Positions 1-8,126 of a stretch of 43,628 nt of DNA are shown one piece after another; within the stretch, counting starts at the first letter, position 1; each line of letters begins with the position of its first letter. The DNA comes from Candidatus Woykebacteria bacterium. GTDB taxonomy: Bacteria > Patescibacteriota > Microgenomatia > Woykebacterales > RBG-16-39-9b. The stretch is from contig JBBDPM010000006.1 in NCBI GenBank assembly GCA_040876345.1, forward strand, positions 136,803 to 180,430, in the 5' to 3' direction. The position numbers were made by a program, and so were the translations under genes. A model generated the notes under the pieces. It worked only from the letters and a program-made list of their open reading frames with translations. It did not search any database and was not told where the DNA came from.

Positions 1-40
1 CCGCTGTAACACTACCCTATCATAGAAAGTAGTAAAGATC

Positions 41-487
41 ATGGATCCCTATCAACAAACTTCTGGCCCAAATCGGTTTTTAGTTCTTCTCGTTGGCTTG
101 GTAGTTGGAATACTAATTTCAATCGGTGTCTTTTACGTCCGTGCCGCCTTTTTCACAAAAGAGGAAGAGGTTCCCCAAACTCAATCGTTCAAAGTCACGC
201 CAACCAATGAGCTGACCCTTTCCCTCACGAGCCCCACAGATGGCGACACGGTCGCCACTGACAGTGTCAAAATTTCCGGAAGTACGGGAAAATCAAGTGT
301 TGTAATTGTTAATGGTGGTAGCGAAGATGTCATTGCTGAAGCAAAAGGTGGTATATTTTCCATCAATTACAATCTAGAGTTGGGCGAAAACATACTGACA
401 GTAGTAGCCTATGATGAGCAAAGTGGTGAATCAAGAACCCAAGATTTAAATATTCTCTATATTAATGAGAATCTAGAAACTTTATGA
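41..487 (+). CDS. membrane-anchored protein with Ig-like beta-sandwich ectodomain (function unknown)
   Basis: ATG ORF with an N-terminal hydrophobic helix (FLVLLVGLVVGILISIGVF). The beta-rich pattern SPTDGDTV..ISGST..ENILTVVAYD is typical of bacterial Ig-like domains. The stop overlaps the next start (ATGA at 484-487). Confidence 0.6.
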   Translation: MDPYQQTSGPNRFLVLLVGLVVGILISIGVFYVRAAFFTKEEEVPQTQSFKVTPTNELTLSLTSPTDGDTVATDSVKISGSTGKSSVVIVNGGSEDVIAEAKGGIFSINYNLELGENILTVVAYDEQSGESRTQDLNILYINENLETL

Positions 488-1254
488 AAAAAGTACTGTT
501 GGCTATTCTAATAATTTTTGCAGGAGTTGTCTTTGTTAGTACAGTCAATGCACAAAACAGAGAAGCGACTGATAGTCGGAAGAGTGAAGCTGCCAAAAGA
601 GCCAGAGAAAGAATTGAGCTCTTAAAAGACCGAAGAGCTTCTAAAGCAGCGGAGCTGCGGGACAAAAGAGATAAAATTCGCGATAAGGTAAGAAGAAGAG
701 CCCACGTTTCTGGGGAAATCACCGCAATTTCGGGTACAAGTATAACGATTGAGACCCGAAAAGGCGATGTTAAAACTATTTTTACGGATGACGAAACAAA
801 ATTCATCCAATTTGGTCAAGGCGGCAAAAAAGAAATCAAGTTAGCTGATTTTAAGATAGGCGACCGAGTAGCGGCGGTGGGAATTGCCAAAGATGAAGAC
901 TCAGGACTTGCCAAATATTTAGTGCGCTTTGTCAGGCCTGAAATTCGTAGACACGCCGTCTTTGGTGTGGTCGATGAGATTGGCGAAGATGAGTTGAAAG
1001 TTCTCCACATAATCCACCAAGACCGCCCGGCTACGACCGTAAAAGTAACAAATGATACTTTGATTAAATTCAAAGGAAAAGAAGGTGCAAAATTTTCCGA
1101 TATAAAAGTAGACGACAAAGTAGCTGCTTCCGGAACTGTTGATGAAAAAGGAGTCATAACCGCCAGAAGGATTTTTGTAATCCCTGGCAATTTCACCGAA
1201 GCTACTCCGAAGAACTCAACCAACTCCGCCACCCCTTCCTCTTCGACCGAATAA
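484..1254 (+). CDS. secreted/anchored protein: basic coiled coil plus two repeated beta domains (DUF5666-like, from memory)
   Basis: Signal-like N-terminus LLAILIIFAGVVFVSTVNA, followed by an Arg/Lys-rich helix. Two similar beta-rich repeats follow (GEITAISGTSITIETRKG.. and GVVDEIGEDELKVLH..), then a Ser/Thr/Pro tail. Confidence 0.6.
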   Translation: MKKVLLAILIIFAGVVFVSTVNAQNREATDSRKSEAAKRARERIELLKDRRASKAAELRDKRDKIRDKVRRRAHVSGEITAISGTSITIETRKGDVKTIFTDDETKFIQFGQGGKKEIKLADFKIGDRVAAVGIAKDEDSGLAKYLVRFVRPEIRRHAVFGVVDEIGEDELKVLHIIHQDRPATTVKVTNDTLIKFKGKEGAKFSDIKVDDKVAASGTVDEKGVITARRIFVIPGNFTEATPKNSTNSATPSSSTE

Positions 1255-1365
1255 TAACTCCTCTGGACTAGAAATCTTGCTTATCACCTCTACCCTGTGG
1301 TAAGTTAGCAAAACCGATCTTAGGATCCACCCACCCATGAACGGAGGATTGGAAGGAGGAAACCG

Positions 1366-2190
1366 GTGGGAACAACGCCAGAAAATGAACCGCAACTCTC
1401 CCCTCTTAAAGAAGGCGGTGAAAAAATAAGCCTCGGATCAGAGCACACACGTAGGATGAGGGCGCTTCTTCTGGAAGAGCACGACACCCAACTCGACATC
1501 TGCTTTTCTCTATGGCCACTTGCCGGCCGTGGGCAGGCGTCCCGACAAATGCTACGAGAACGGCTCAAAGTCACCAGAGCACGGGCCCTACCTATCATTC
1601 AAATAGTGTGGGAGCACCCCGAACTCGAAGCAGAGCTTCCGGAGGCAGAGCAGGTTTTCTACAAAGATCTGAGGGAACGGTTCGGATCATTCGAAAAGGT
1701 CCGCCAACGCGCTTACCGATGGAGGGCTGGGAACCCAAGAAGTGGTACCTTTCAAGCTAACCAACCCTCACCCACAATCGACCTGTCGCCGCAAGAAGGG
1801 TTGGATCAAAGAAGATCCAAAGTCCCACTAACACTGCAATCAGTGGGCTTACCGTCAACAAACCATGTTCTTGCCCACCTTCTGAAAGCAGCTCTGCTCT
1901 ACGGCGAACGCAACCGCTATCGTCTGGCTGCTAAATTCGCCGAATCGATCCAAAACATCAGCCGCCACTTTTCGGAAGTGCTGGAGATGTACCAAAGAGC
2001 CTGCGAACTCCCAAAGGAAGAATGGGACGAGGTTCTTGGTCCTGAGGTTGCCTCGGCCTGCCGTGAGATAAAGGCAAGGTGGGAAGATGCAAGCTTGGAG
2101 GACATTATTCGAAGCGGTCCAACAACAAGCAGCCCTATCATCGACCCCGAAACGCTAAAGGTGTGTCACGATAGGCCAAAAGAAGGGTGA
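1366..2190 (+). CDS. GC-elevated hypothetical protein with sigma-70 region-4-like HTH segment (islet gene P1)
   Basis: GTG start lies 5-6 nt after GGAAGGAGGA (1351-1360), and the ORF is visibly GC-richer than its neighbours. There is a possible TTGCTT-18-TAAGTT promoter at 1277-1306. The segment LWPLAGRGQASRQMLRERLKVTRARALPII aligns with RFGLDGQGRRSVRQIKDEAKVSSTSVRTYI of the ORF at 32272. Confidence 0.55.
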   Translation: MGTTPENEPQLSPLKEGGEKISLGSEHTRRMRALLLEEHDTQLDICFSLWPLAGRGQASRQMLRERLKVTRARALPIIQIVWEHPELEAELPEAEQVFYKDLRERFGSFEKVRQRAYRWRAGNPRSGTFQANQPSPTIDLSPQEGLDQRRSKVPLTLQSVGLPSTNHVLAHLLKAALLYGERNRYRLAAKFAESIQNISRHFSEVLEMYQRACELPKEEWDEVLGPEVASACREIKARWEDASLEDIIRSGPTTSSPIIDPETLKVCHDRPKEG

Positions 2191-2225
2191 GGAGGCTTTG
2201 TTGTCTCCCCACCCTTCCACTTCTC
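2185..2225 (+). terminator. hairpin after P1 stop
   Basis: GGGTG-a-GGAG (2185-2194) pairs with CTCC-c-CACCC (2205-2214) around a 10-nt loop. The following T/C-rich tail is a weak U-tract. Confidence 0.4.
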
Positions 2226-2370
2226 TAGTCTGCTAAAACAAACTTATGGACTACTTGACTTAATATTTTGTATTCAGACTAATTAGTTCCAAATTCGTAT
2301 TAATTCGTGTATTTTGATATAATGCTCGCATTACATGACAAGCATTGTATGCTTGGCATATAATTTTTAC

Positions 2371-3585
2371 ATGGCAAAAATAGAAGTACAAACCCCAAAA
2401 GGTTTTCGGGATTTTTTACCCTCATCCGCTGCAAGCCGGGCTTTTCTATTGAAGAAGATAAAGTCTACTGTTGAAAAATTTGGGTTTGAGCCCCTGGAAA
2501 CCCCAGCCATTGAATACGCTGAAACCCTGAATGGTAAATATGGCGAAGAGGAAAAGCTTATCTATGAATTTACAGATCGTGGCAACCGGCAAATTGCCCT
2601 GCGCTACGACCTAACCGTTCCTTTGGCTAGAGTCGCTGCCCAATACAAAGACTTAACAAAGCCTTTCAAGCGCTATCAAGCGCAAAGCGTTTGGCGAGCC
2701 GAAAACACCCAAAAAGGTCGTTTCCGAGAGTTTTTACAAGTAGATTTTGATACAGTTGGTGCAAAAGACCTACTTGCTGATGCGGAGGTTATCGCTTGTG
2801 CTCTAACCTTTATCGATAATCTTGGTTTTAAAAATTTTAATATGAGGGTCAACGACCGCTCCGTATTTCAAAATCTTCCCTTATCGGCGATTTCTTCAAT
2901 CGACAAGATTAAGAAAATCGGCGAAGATGGTGTGTTTCTTGAGATGCAAAATAAGGGCTTTTCAGCTGGTGAAGCAAGAAAAATCTTGGATCAAATTAAA
3001 GTTAACTCCACCACCCCCTTGATTGATGAGCTTTTCAAAAATCTGGAAGCTCTTGGCGTCTCTAAAGAAAATTTCGCTTTCGACCCCACACTAGCTAGAG
3101 GCTTGGATTATTATACCGGTGCAATTTTTGAGTTGGAGATTGAAGGTTACACTGCAGGAAGTGTTGGCGGCGGTGGACGATACGATAATCTTATTGGGAT
3201 GTTTTCTGAAGACAAAATTCCCGCCGTCGGTTTTTCTTTTGGGTTTGACCGACTTTTAGAGGCAGCCAACGAGCAAAACCTTGTGCCAGAATATTCTCCA
3301 AGCACAAAAGTCTTAGTAACAATTTTCAGCCAAGATCTAGTCCAAGACTCTCTCTCACTAGTCTCAACACTACGAAACTCTGGTATAAACACTCAAGTTT
3401 ATCTGGACCCGGAAGCTAAGCTAGATAAGCAAATAAAATACGCCGACAATAAAAAAATCCCCTACGTCGCTATTTTAGGCCCGGAAGAAAAAGAAAATGG
3501 CGTGGTTACTCTTAAAGATCTAAAGAAAGCTAGCCAAAAGCAAATTAAAGAAGCTGAGCTAATAAAAACCCTTCGCGAGCCTTGA
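2371..3585 (+). CDS. hisS: histidine--tRNA ligase
   Basis: Class II aaRS HisRS motifs are present: PKGFRDF, RYDLTVPLAR, FREFLQVDFD, GGGRYDNL, and a C-terminal anticodon-binding domain. I chose the ATG at 2371 (MAKIEVQTPKG), which has a TATAAT at 2359-2364 six nt upstream. The ORF-track start at 2335 is probably too long. Confidence 0.92.
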   Translation: MAKIEVQTPKGFRDFLPSSAASRAFLLKKIKSTVEKFGFEPLETPAIEYAETLNGKYGEEEKLIYEFTDRGNRQIALRYDLTVPLARVAAQYKDLTKPFKRYQAQSVWRAENTQKGRFREFLQVDFDTVGAKDLLADAEVIACALTFIDNLGFKNFNMRVNDRSVFQNLPLSAISSIDKIKKIGEDGVFLEMQNKGFSAGEARKILDQIKVNSTTPLIDELFKNLEALGVSKENFAFDPTLARGLDYYTGAIFELEIEGYTAGSVGGGGRYDNLIGMFSEDKIPAVGFSFGFDRLLEAANEQNLVPEYSPSTKVLVTIFSQDLVQDSLSLVSTLRNSGINTQVYLDPEAKLDKQIKYADNKKIPYVAILGPEEKENGVVTLKDLKKASQKQIKEAELIKTLREP

Positions 3586-3611
3586 CGATCTTCCATCCAA
3601 AACTATATAAT
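3582..3611 (+). promoter_or_regulatory. near-consensus sigma-70 promoter for the giant gene
   Basis: TTGACG (3582-3587, overlapping the hisS stop), an 18-nt spacer, then TATAAT (3606-3611). The ATG lies 10 nt downstream and has no SD, implying a leaderless or near-leaderless mRNA. Confidence 0.55.
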
Positions 3612-3621
3612 TTATCTACCT

Positions 3622-6600
3622 ATGCTCATCCCTGCCCAAGGAGTTGAATCAGGATTTACCACACAAACAGAATCTAGTAGTGGGGTTGGTCCCTCCTTCC
3701 CCTCCCCAGAAACTGCTCATCAATCCCCTCCTCAAACACCAGATAATGAAGACCAGATCCCCCATCAAGATAGAGGCCAAGGGGGAGATACTAAAAAAGG
3801 GGCAGATAGCCCCAATAGTGGTGGCCAAGGAGGACAAGAAATACAGTCTAAACCAGTTGAAGATGGTGGGCAAGTAGATGATGGTATTCTATCATTAACC
3901 CCAGCGGAAGAAGCAACGCCAGAAGTTATAACACCAGCTGCCCCAACACCAATAACAGAGTCCGCATCGCAAATCGAACTTGACTTGCTTGAGTATGATA
4001 CTAAATTACGAAACCACATTGGAGTGGGTAGAAGTAAGTGGAGAAAAGCAAGCGCTGCGCAACGATTAGCCTACTTAAGAGGTAGTGGGAAACAACCAGA
4101 AGGGTTGTTGGAGAGACTGGAAGGAACATCGGGCCACCGTGGACAAGCTCCCCAAGCCTCTAGGAGAGCTCCGTCTGGGTCAGCACCTACCCCGACTGAA
4201 GTACCCAACGCTGGGACAGAAGATAATTTTACACAACCAGAAGTGGGAGCTGGTGCTAAACTTCCAGATGTACCATCAGAAACCCAGCCTGCTACGGAAG
4301 CGGTAGCTGCTGTGTCCCCACCCCAAGGTCCTGAAACTCCCGCCCCACTTCCTCTTCCAACGGGAAGACGCGGGGATGATCTTGCAGAAGAAAGAGGTTA
4401 CCAACGCACCGGTCCACCAGTCGCTCGTAGCCGCCCAGCTGCCCGACAAACACCGCCAGCAGTTTCTGCGGGCGATGAGGCAGTAGTTCAACCCGATGAC
4501 TCCGAAGAACCAAATCCCGCAATCACAGAACCTGTTAAAAGTCCAGAACAAACAGCAACATCTGAGGTACCACCTGGGGCAGTGGTAATTGAAGCAGTAC
4601 CAAGAGGAGTTGCTGATTTCTGGAGTCTAGTTCACGAAGGGAAAGCGAAGGTGCCGTCGGGCAAAGTAGCCAAGCGAATCTCTGAAGACGTTGTAAAACT
4701 GGGAATCATGAGTCCGGAGGAGGTGGATCAGAAGCAAAGAACTATGGAAGGTAAAAGAGCAATACTCGCCGCTTGGCATAAAGAACTTGGCAATAGAATA
4801 CCGATACTAAAAGAAACACCAGATACCACCGTCAGGACTGACAGCGCACCTCCACCACCCAAAGGCGATGATAGCTCTGTAGCCCCAGCCATCGAAGAGT
4901 CAGCTAAAAGGCTTGGTTTAACAAATGGGCAATTCCTTGCTCTCCCTGAGGAAGAAAGAGTAAGACTCTTAAGTGAATCTCACTTAGCACGGGCAAAAGA
5001 ACAAGCAGATAGGCAACTAAGAATCGTTCGAGAAGAGGCAGAAACTGCTCTTAAGAGATTAAACGACGCCTTTGAAGAAAATCTACCTCCTACCGCGGCA
5101 GCATCAGCGGAAGTAGGGCCCAAAACTGCAGAACTTGGTCCTAGGCAGTTTAGTACTCTATCTAAAGCTTTAGATAAATACAACTCTGACGATCCTTCGA
5201 CTTTACCAGATTTAACTAATAGTGGTCTTAAGGGAGCTGTTCTAAAAGCCCGCCGCCAACTCGGAATTAAGCCCAACCCAACCAACCCCGCAGAAGTGTT
5301 GAATGAGCTTAAAGAGGCATTTAATAATGGTAGAATCAAGGGAAAAGCACCAATCCCTAGAGAATCAACACCCCGCCCTCCACAAAACCAAGGGCAAAAG
5401 GAATCAGACCAAGAGGCCAAACAAGGTTTTGCCGAGCGAATTACAAAGGGCGCCGCGAAAAAAGTCCGAGCTGGAGCCGAAAAATACTCTGGATTCGTAG
5501 CCGGCAGAGAAGAATCACTGCGCGCTAAGGCAGAGGCGTCTGAAAGTAGGATAAAGAGATTCCTCTTTAATTCAGCCGCTAATTTTTTAAATAATTACCA
5601 TGCAAGAGATAAGGAGGCCCCTTGGTATTACGGTGCTTTTGTAGTTAGCGGCGGCGCAAATGCCGCTCTTACTATCTTTGCTCCCTTCACTGCTGTCGGC
5701 CCTGGTCGTTTCCTGCGCTCCTTAGCTATAACCGGGACCACCCACGCCCTAGGTGCTGGTGTAAACCTAGGCAGAAGAGTTGTTATGGGTAGCGTTCTTT
5801 CGGGTTATATTGACTCTGATGAAGGTGCTAAAAACTTTAATTTTAGATCTGCAAAAGACGCTCGAAACTACTATGTAACTCAGTTTAATGAGGCGTTCCT
5901 TCTTAAAAGAATTGGTGAGGAAGAATTTGGTGCTCGTCTGCAGCAACTTTCCCAGGAAGTTTTCTTAAGGTTTGGTAAAACTGCTTTTGGCCATAATTTC
6001 TCGAAGGAGCTTGAAGAAGGAGGCCTTAGGCTTCTAAGAGAACGGATGATGGGCACCTTGGACCGCTACCATCAGTACAATAACATTGTTCGTAGTGTTG
6101 CGGCAGGCATGAAAGCAGGTGCTACAGTGACAACCATCGGCTTTGGAATCGACCAAGGATTATCAAAGGGTTTTGAAAAGTTAATGGGGCTTATTCACCA
6201 CCCCACGGCAGAAGTGCCCGGTCAGCCAGGACTTCCTTCTGGGCCCCCAGATTATTCCAAGGAGCTTCCGCTTGCTCCGCCAGAAGGTTCCAATGTTAAC
6301 CCGGAAGATTGGCGCCGTTTTGCTTCGGCCTACAACTCTTTAACTCCAGACCGTCGAGATGATTTTATTGAAATCATGGGTGACCCAAAAAGAGTTCAGG
6401 ATCTTATTGACTGGTCCGAAGCACACAATGTGGTTACTCCCCCAACGCCGGAAGCAATACCAATTGAGTTTCAGAGATTTCTGGACAACCAAAATAATTT
6501 TACTGAATTAGACATAAACAGAGGCGATACAGTTGGAAAACTAGCCTTTAACAGAGGGTATGATAATTTTTGGGATGCAAATCCAACGAGTGCGGCGGCT

Positions 6601-6858
6601 AAAGGTGCAACCATATTGGAAAATGAGGGGCTGTTAAGAACTTCAGCGGAAAATGCAGCAAGACAAGGATATGCTGCTGCCGACATGCCAACACATCAAG
6701 AGTTGATAGGTTTGATGAGGCAAGCAGCTGGTGGTAATGAAGCAGCCGATGCCGAACTAGACAGGGTCTTGCATTGGATTCCTCAAGGCCGTAAATTACG
6801 GTTATTAAAACTTGGATCGACTAGCGAAATTATTAAGGAGCTAGATTTAGCAGCTTGA
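3622..6858 (+). CDS. giant (1078 aa) protein: long Pro/Glu/Ala/Gln-rich disordered N-half, central hydrophobic hairpin, globular C-terminal part
   Basis: A single long ORF. Hydrophobic segments WYYGAFVVSGGANAALTIFAPFTAV and SLAITGTTHALGAGVNLG lie near residues 640-720. The C-terminal stretch ELDINRGDTVGKLAFNRGY is weakly LysM-like. I recognise no catalytic motif. Confidence 0.7.
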   Translation: MLIPAQGVESGFTTQTESSSGVGPSFPSPETAHQSPPQTPDNEDQIPHQDRGQGGDTKKGADSPNSGGQGGQEIQSKPVEDGGQVDDGILSLTPAEEATPEVITPAAPTPITESASQIELDLLEYDTKLRNHIGVGRSKWRKASAAQRLAYLRGSGKQPEGLLERLEGTSGHRGQAPQASRRAPSGSAPTPTEVPNAGTEDNFTQPEVGAGAKLPDVPSETQPATEAVAAVSPPQGPETPAPLPLPTGRRGDDLAEERGYQRTGPPVARSRPAARQTPPAVSAGDEAVVQPDDSEEPNPAITEPVKSPEQTATSEVPPGAVVIEAVPRGVADFWSLVHEGKAKVPSGKVAKRISEDVVKLGIMSPEEVDQKQRTMEGKRAILAAWHKELGNRIPILKETPDTTVRTDSAPPPPKGDDSSVAPAIEESAKRLGLTNGQFLALPEEERVRLLSESHLARAKEQADRQLRIVREEAETALKRLNDAFEENLPPTAAASAEVGPKTAELGPRQFSTLSKALDKYNSDDPSTLPDLTNSGLKGAVLKARRQLGIKPNPTNPAEVLNELKEAFNNGRIKGKAPIPRESTPRPPQNQGQKESDQEAKQGFAERITKGAAKKVRAGAEKYSGFVAGREESLRAKAEASESRIKRFLFNSAANFLNNYHARDKEAPWYYGAFVVSGGANAALTIFAPFTAVGPGRFLRSLAITGTTHALGAGVNLGRRVVMGSVLSGYIDSDEGAKNFNFRSAKDARNYYVTQFNEAFLLKRIGEEEFGARLQQLSQEVFLRFGKTAFGHNFSKELEEGGLRLLRERMMGTLDRYHQYNNIVRSVAAGMKAGATVTTIGFGIDQGLSKGFEKLMGLIHHPTAEVPGQPGLPSGPPDYSKELPLAPPEGSNVNPEDWRRFASAYNSLTPDRRDDFIEIMGDPKRVQDLIDWSEAHNVVTPPTPEAIPIEFQRFLDNQNNFTELDINRGDTVGKLAFNRGYDNFWDANPTSAAAKGATILENEGLLRTSAENAARQGYAAADMPTHQELIGLMRQAAGGNEAADAELDRVLHWIPQGRKLRLLKLGSTSEIIKELDLAA

Positions 6859-6859
6859 T

Positions 6860-7177
6860 ATGTCGGACTTAAACCAAGTAATAACAATTCTTCGCGAAAA
6901 CAAAGTCGCTGATGATGAAATCGCTCAGTTTGTTGTGAATTCTAACAATTTAATAGCTGAAAAAATGATGGTGGAAATTACCATGGCACTAGATGAGAGA
7001 GATGCTTCTGAGATTGATAAGATGAGCGATGCACAAGGCCAAGAGGAAGTTTATAAGCGTTTCAGGGAAAAAACTGGGAAAGATATTGAGGATGTGCGAT
7101 CTGAAGTAGTCGACGCTTTTGTCTCTGGTTTTCTCACCAAATACCACCAAGATAAACTCCAAGGAAAAAAAGAATAA
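6860..7177 (+). CDS. small acidic helical protein (105 aa), unknown function
   Basis: The ATG lies 1 nt after the giant gene stop, suggesting translational coupling. Composition is helical and acidic, with no TM segment. Confidence 0.55.
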   Translation: MSDLNQVITILRENKVADDEIAQFVVNSNNLIAEKMMVEITMALDERDASEIDKMSDAQGQEEVYKRFREKTGKDIEDVRSEVVDAFVSGFLTKYHQDKLQGKKE

Positions 7178-7181
7178 TATC

Positions 7182-8126
7182 TCATCTAATAGTTAGCCGT
7201 TTAAACACTGTGTAGAAAAACGCCCCAAAACCAAACCTGCCAAAACTCTTTTCGTTAACCTTATCAAAAGCATCTATTCCCCACTTTGCATCCAAAGCTT
7301 CCCGAAACTCGGCAACCCTTCCGTCGAAGTAAGCCCCATCAGCAATATTTGGCCCAACCACACGAGCCATTACTCCATAAGCTAATGCTCTTGGGAGGTA
7401 AAATGGGTTCATGATATTATAAATAAAACCTTCTTGGGACGCTGCCTGCCTGGCGTAATATTCAGTTGCCCCCTCATTAATAGGCGTATCCATAGCCCCT
7501 GCAGATGCTAAATGTAAATCTTCATGATACATGGTTCGCTTTACTAAAAATCTTGGCAATCCCCCATTAATAACTGTCTCAAAACTACCAAACGCCCACC
7601 CGGCTACCGGAAGTGGTAGAGTTTTAAGTATACTTACTAATCTCTCATTCATGACGTGAAATCTCTGTTTTAAGGCAAACTCATTAAAAGAATCTCGATT
7701 TGCTATAAAAGTGGTATCCTCAGCACCATCCAGTCTTTCGTTAATGTTGTAACCAGGAAAAGTTTCTTGCAGGTTACTTATCACCACACTTTGCATATCT
7801 TTTATTTCATCGATAGTATAACTATTAGACTTCTTTAATCCCAAATAGTTCATTCTACTTTCGTGTTCTTCTCTCGGGTTCAGTTGGTTACTTCCTTGTG
7901 CCGATGTAGACTGGTGAGTCTCCCGCTCCGCAACACTCCGACTCAGGTCAACTCGAATCTCTGCAATTCTTTCTTTATCTTCTCTCCTTTGCTTTTCACC
8001 ACTCTCTCTCAATTGTTCCTGTTTTCTATCACGACCTATGTGTTCCTGAACACTTCCAGTTTTTTCTTTCACAGTAATATTTTCCGGTTGAGACTCAAAT
8101 TTTGGGATTTCAGGGCTACCTTGCAT
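7182..8126 (-). CDS. putative gluzincin-type zinc metallopeptidase with disordered N-terminus
   Basis: HExxH motif (MYHEDLHLA) is followed 11 residues later by INEGATEYYA, a thermolysin-like position for the third ligand Glu. The first ~100 aa are charged and low-complexity. The ATG abuts the stop of the upstream ATPase (TAAATG). Confidence 0.6.
   Translation of the reverse strand: MQGSPEIPKFESQPENITVKEKTGSVQEHIGRDRKQEQLRESGEKQRREDKERIAEIRVDLSRSVAERETHQSTSAQGSNQLNPREEHESRMNYLGLKKSNSYTIDEIKDMQSVVISNLQETFPGYNINERLDGAEDTTFIANRDSFNEFALKQRFHVMNERLVSILKTLPLPVAGWAFGSFETVINGGLPRFLVKRTMYHEDLHLASAGAMDTPINEGATEYYARQAASQEGFIYNIMNPFYLPRALAYGVMARVVGPNIADGAYFDGRVAEFREALDAKWGIDAFDKVNEKSFGRFGFGAFFYTVFKRLTIR

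Noticed and set aside
3622-5500. Elevated GC in the first half of the giant gene as evidence of horizontal transfer.
   Set aside because: The stretch encodes a Pro/Ala/Gly-rich disordered region, and those codons are GC-rich by necessity. Composition alone is therefore not evidence of foreign origin here.
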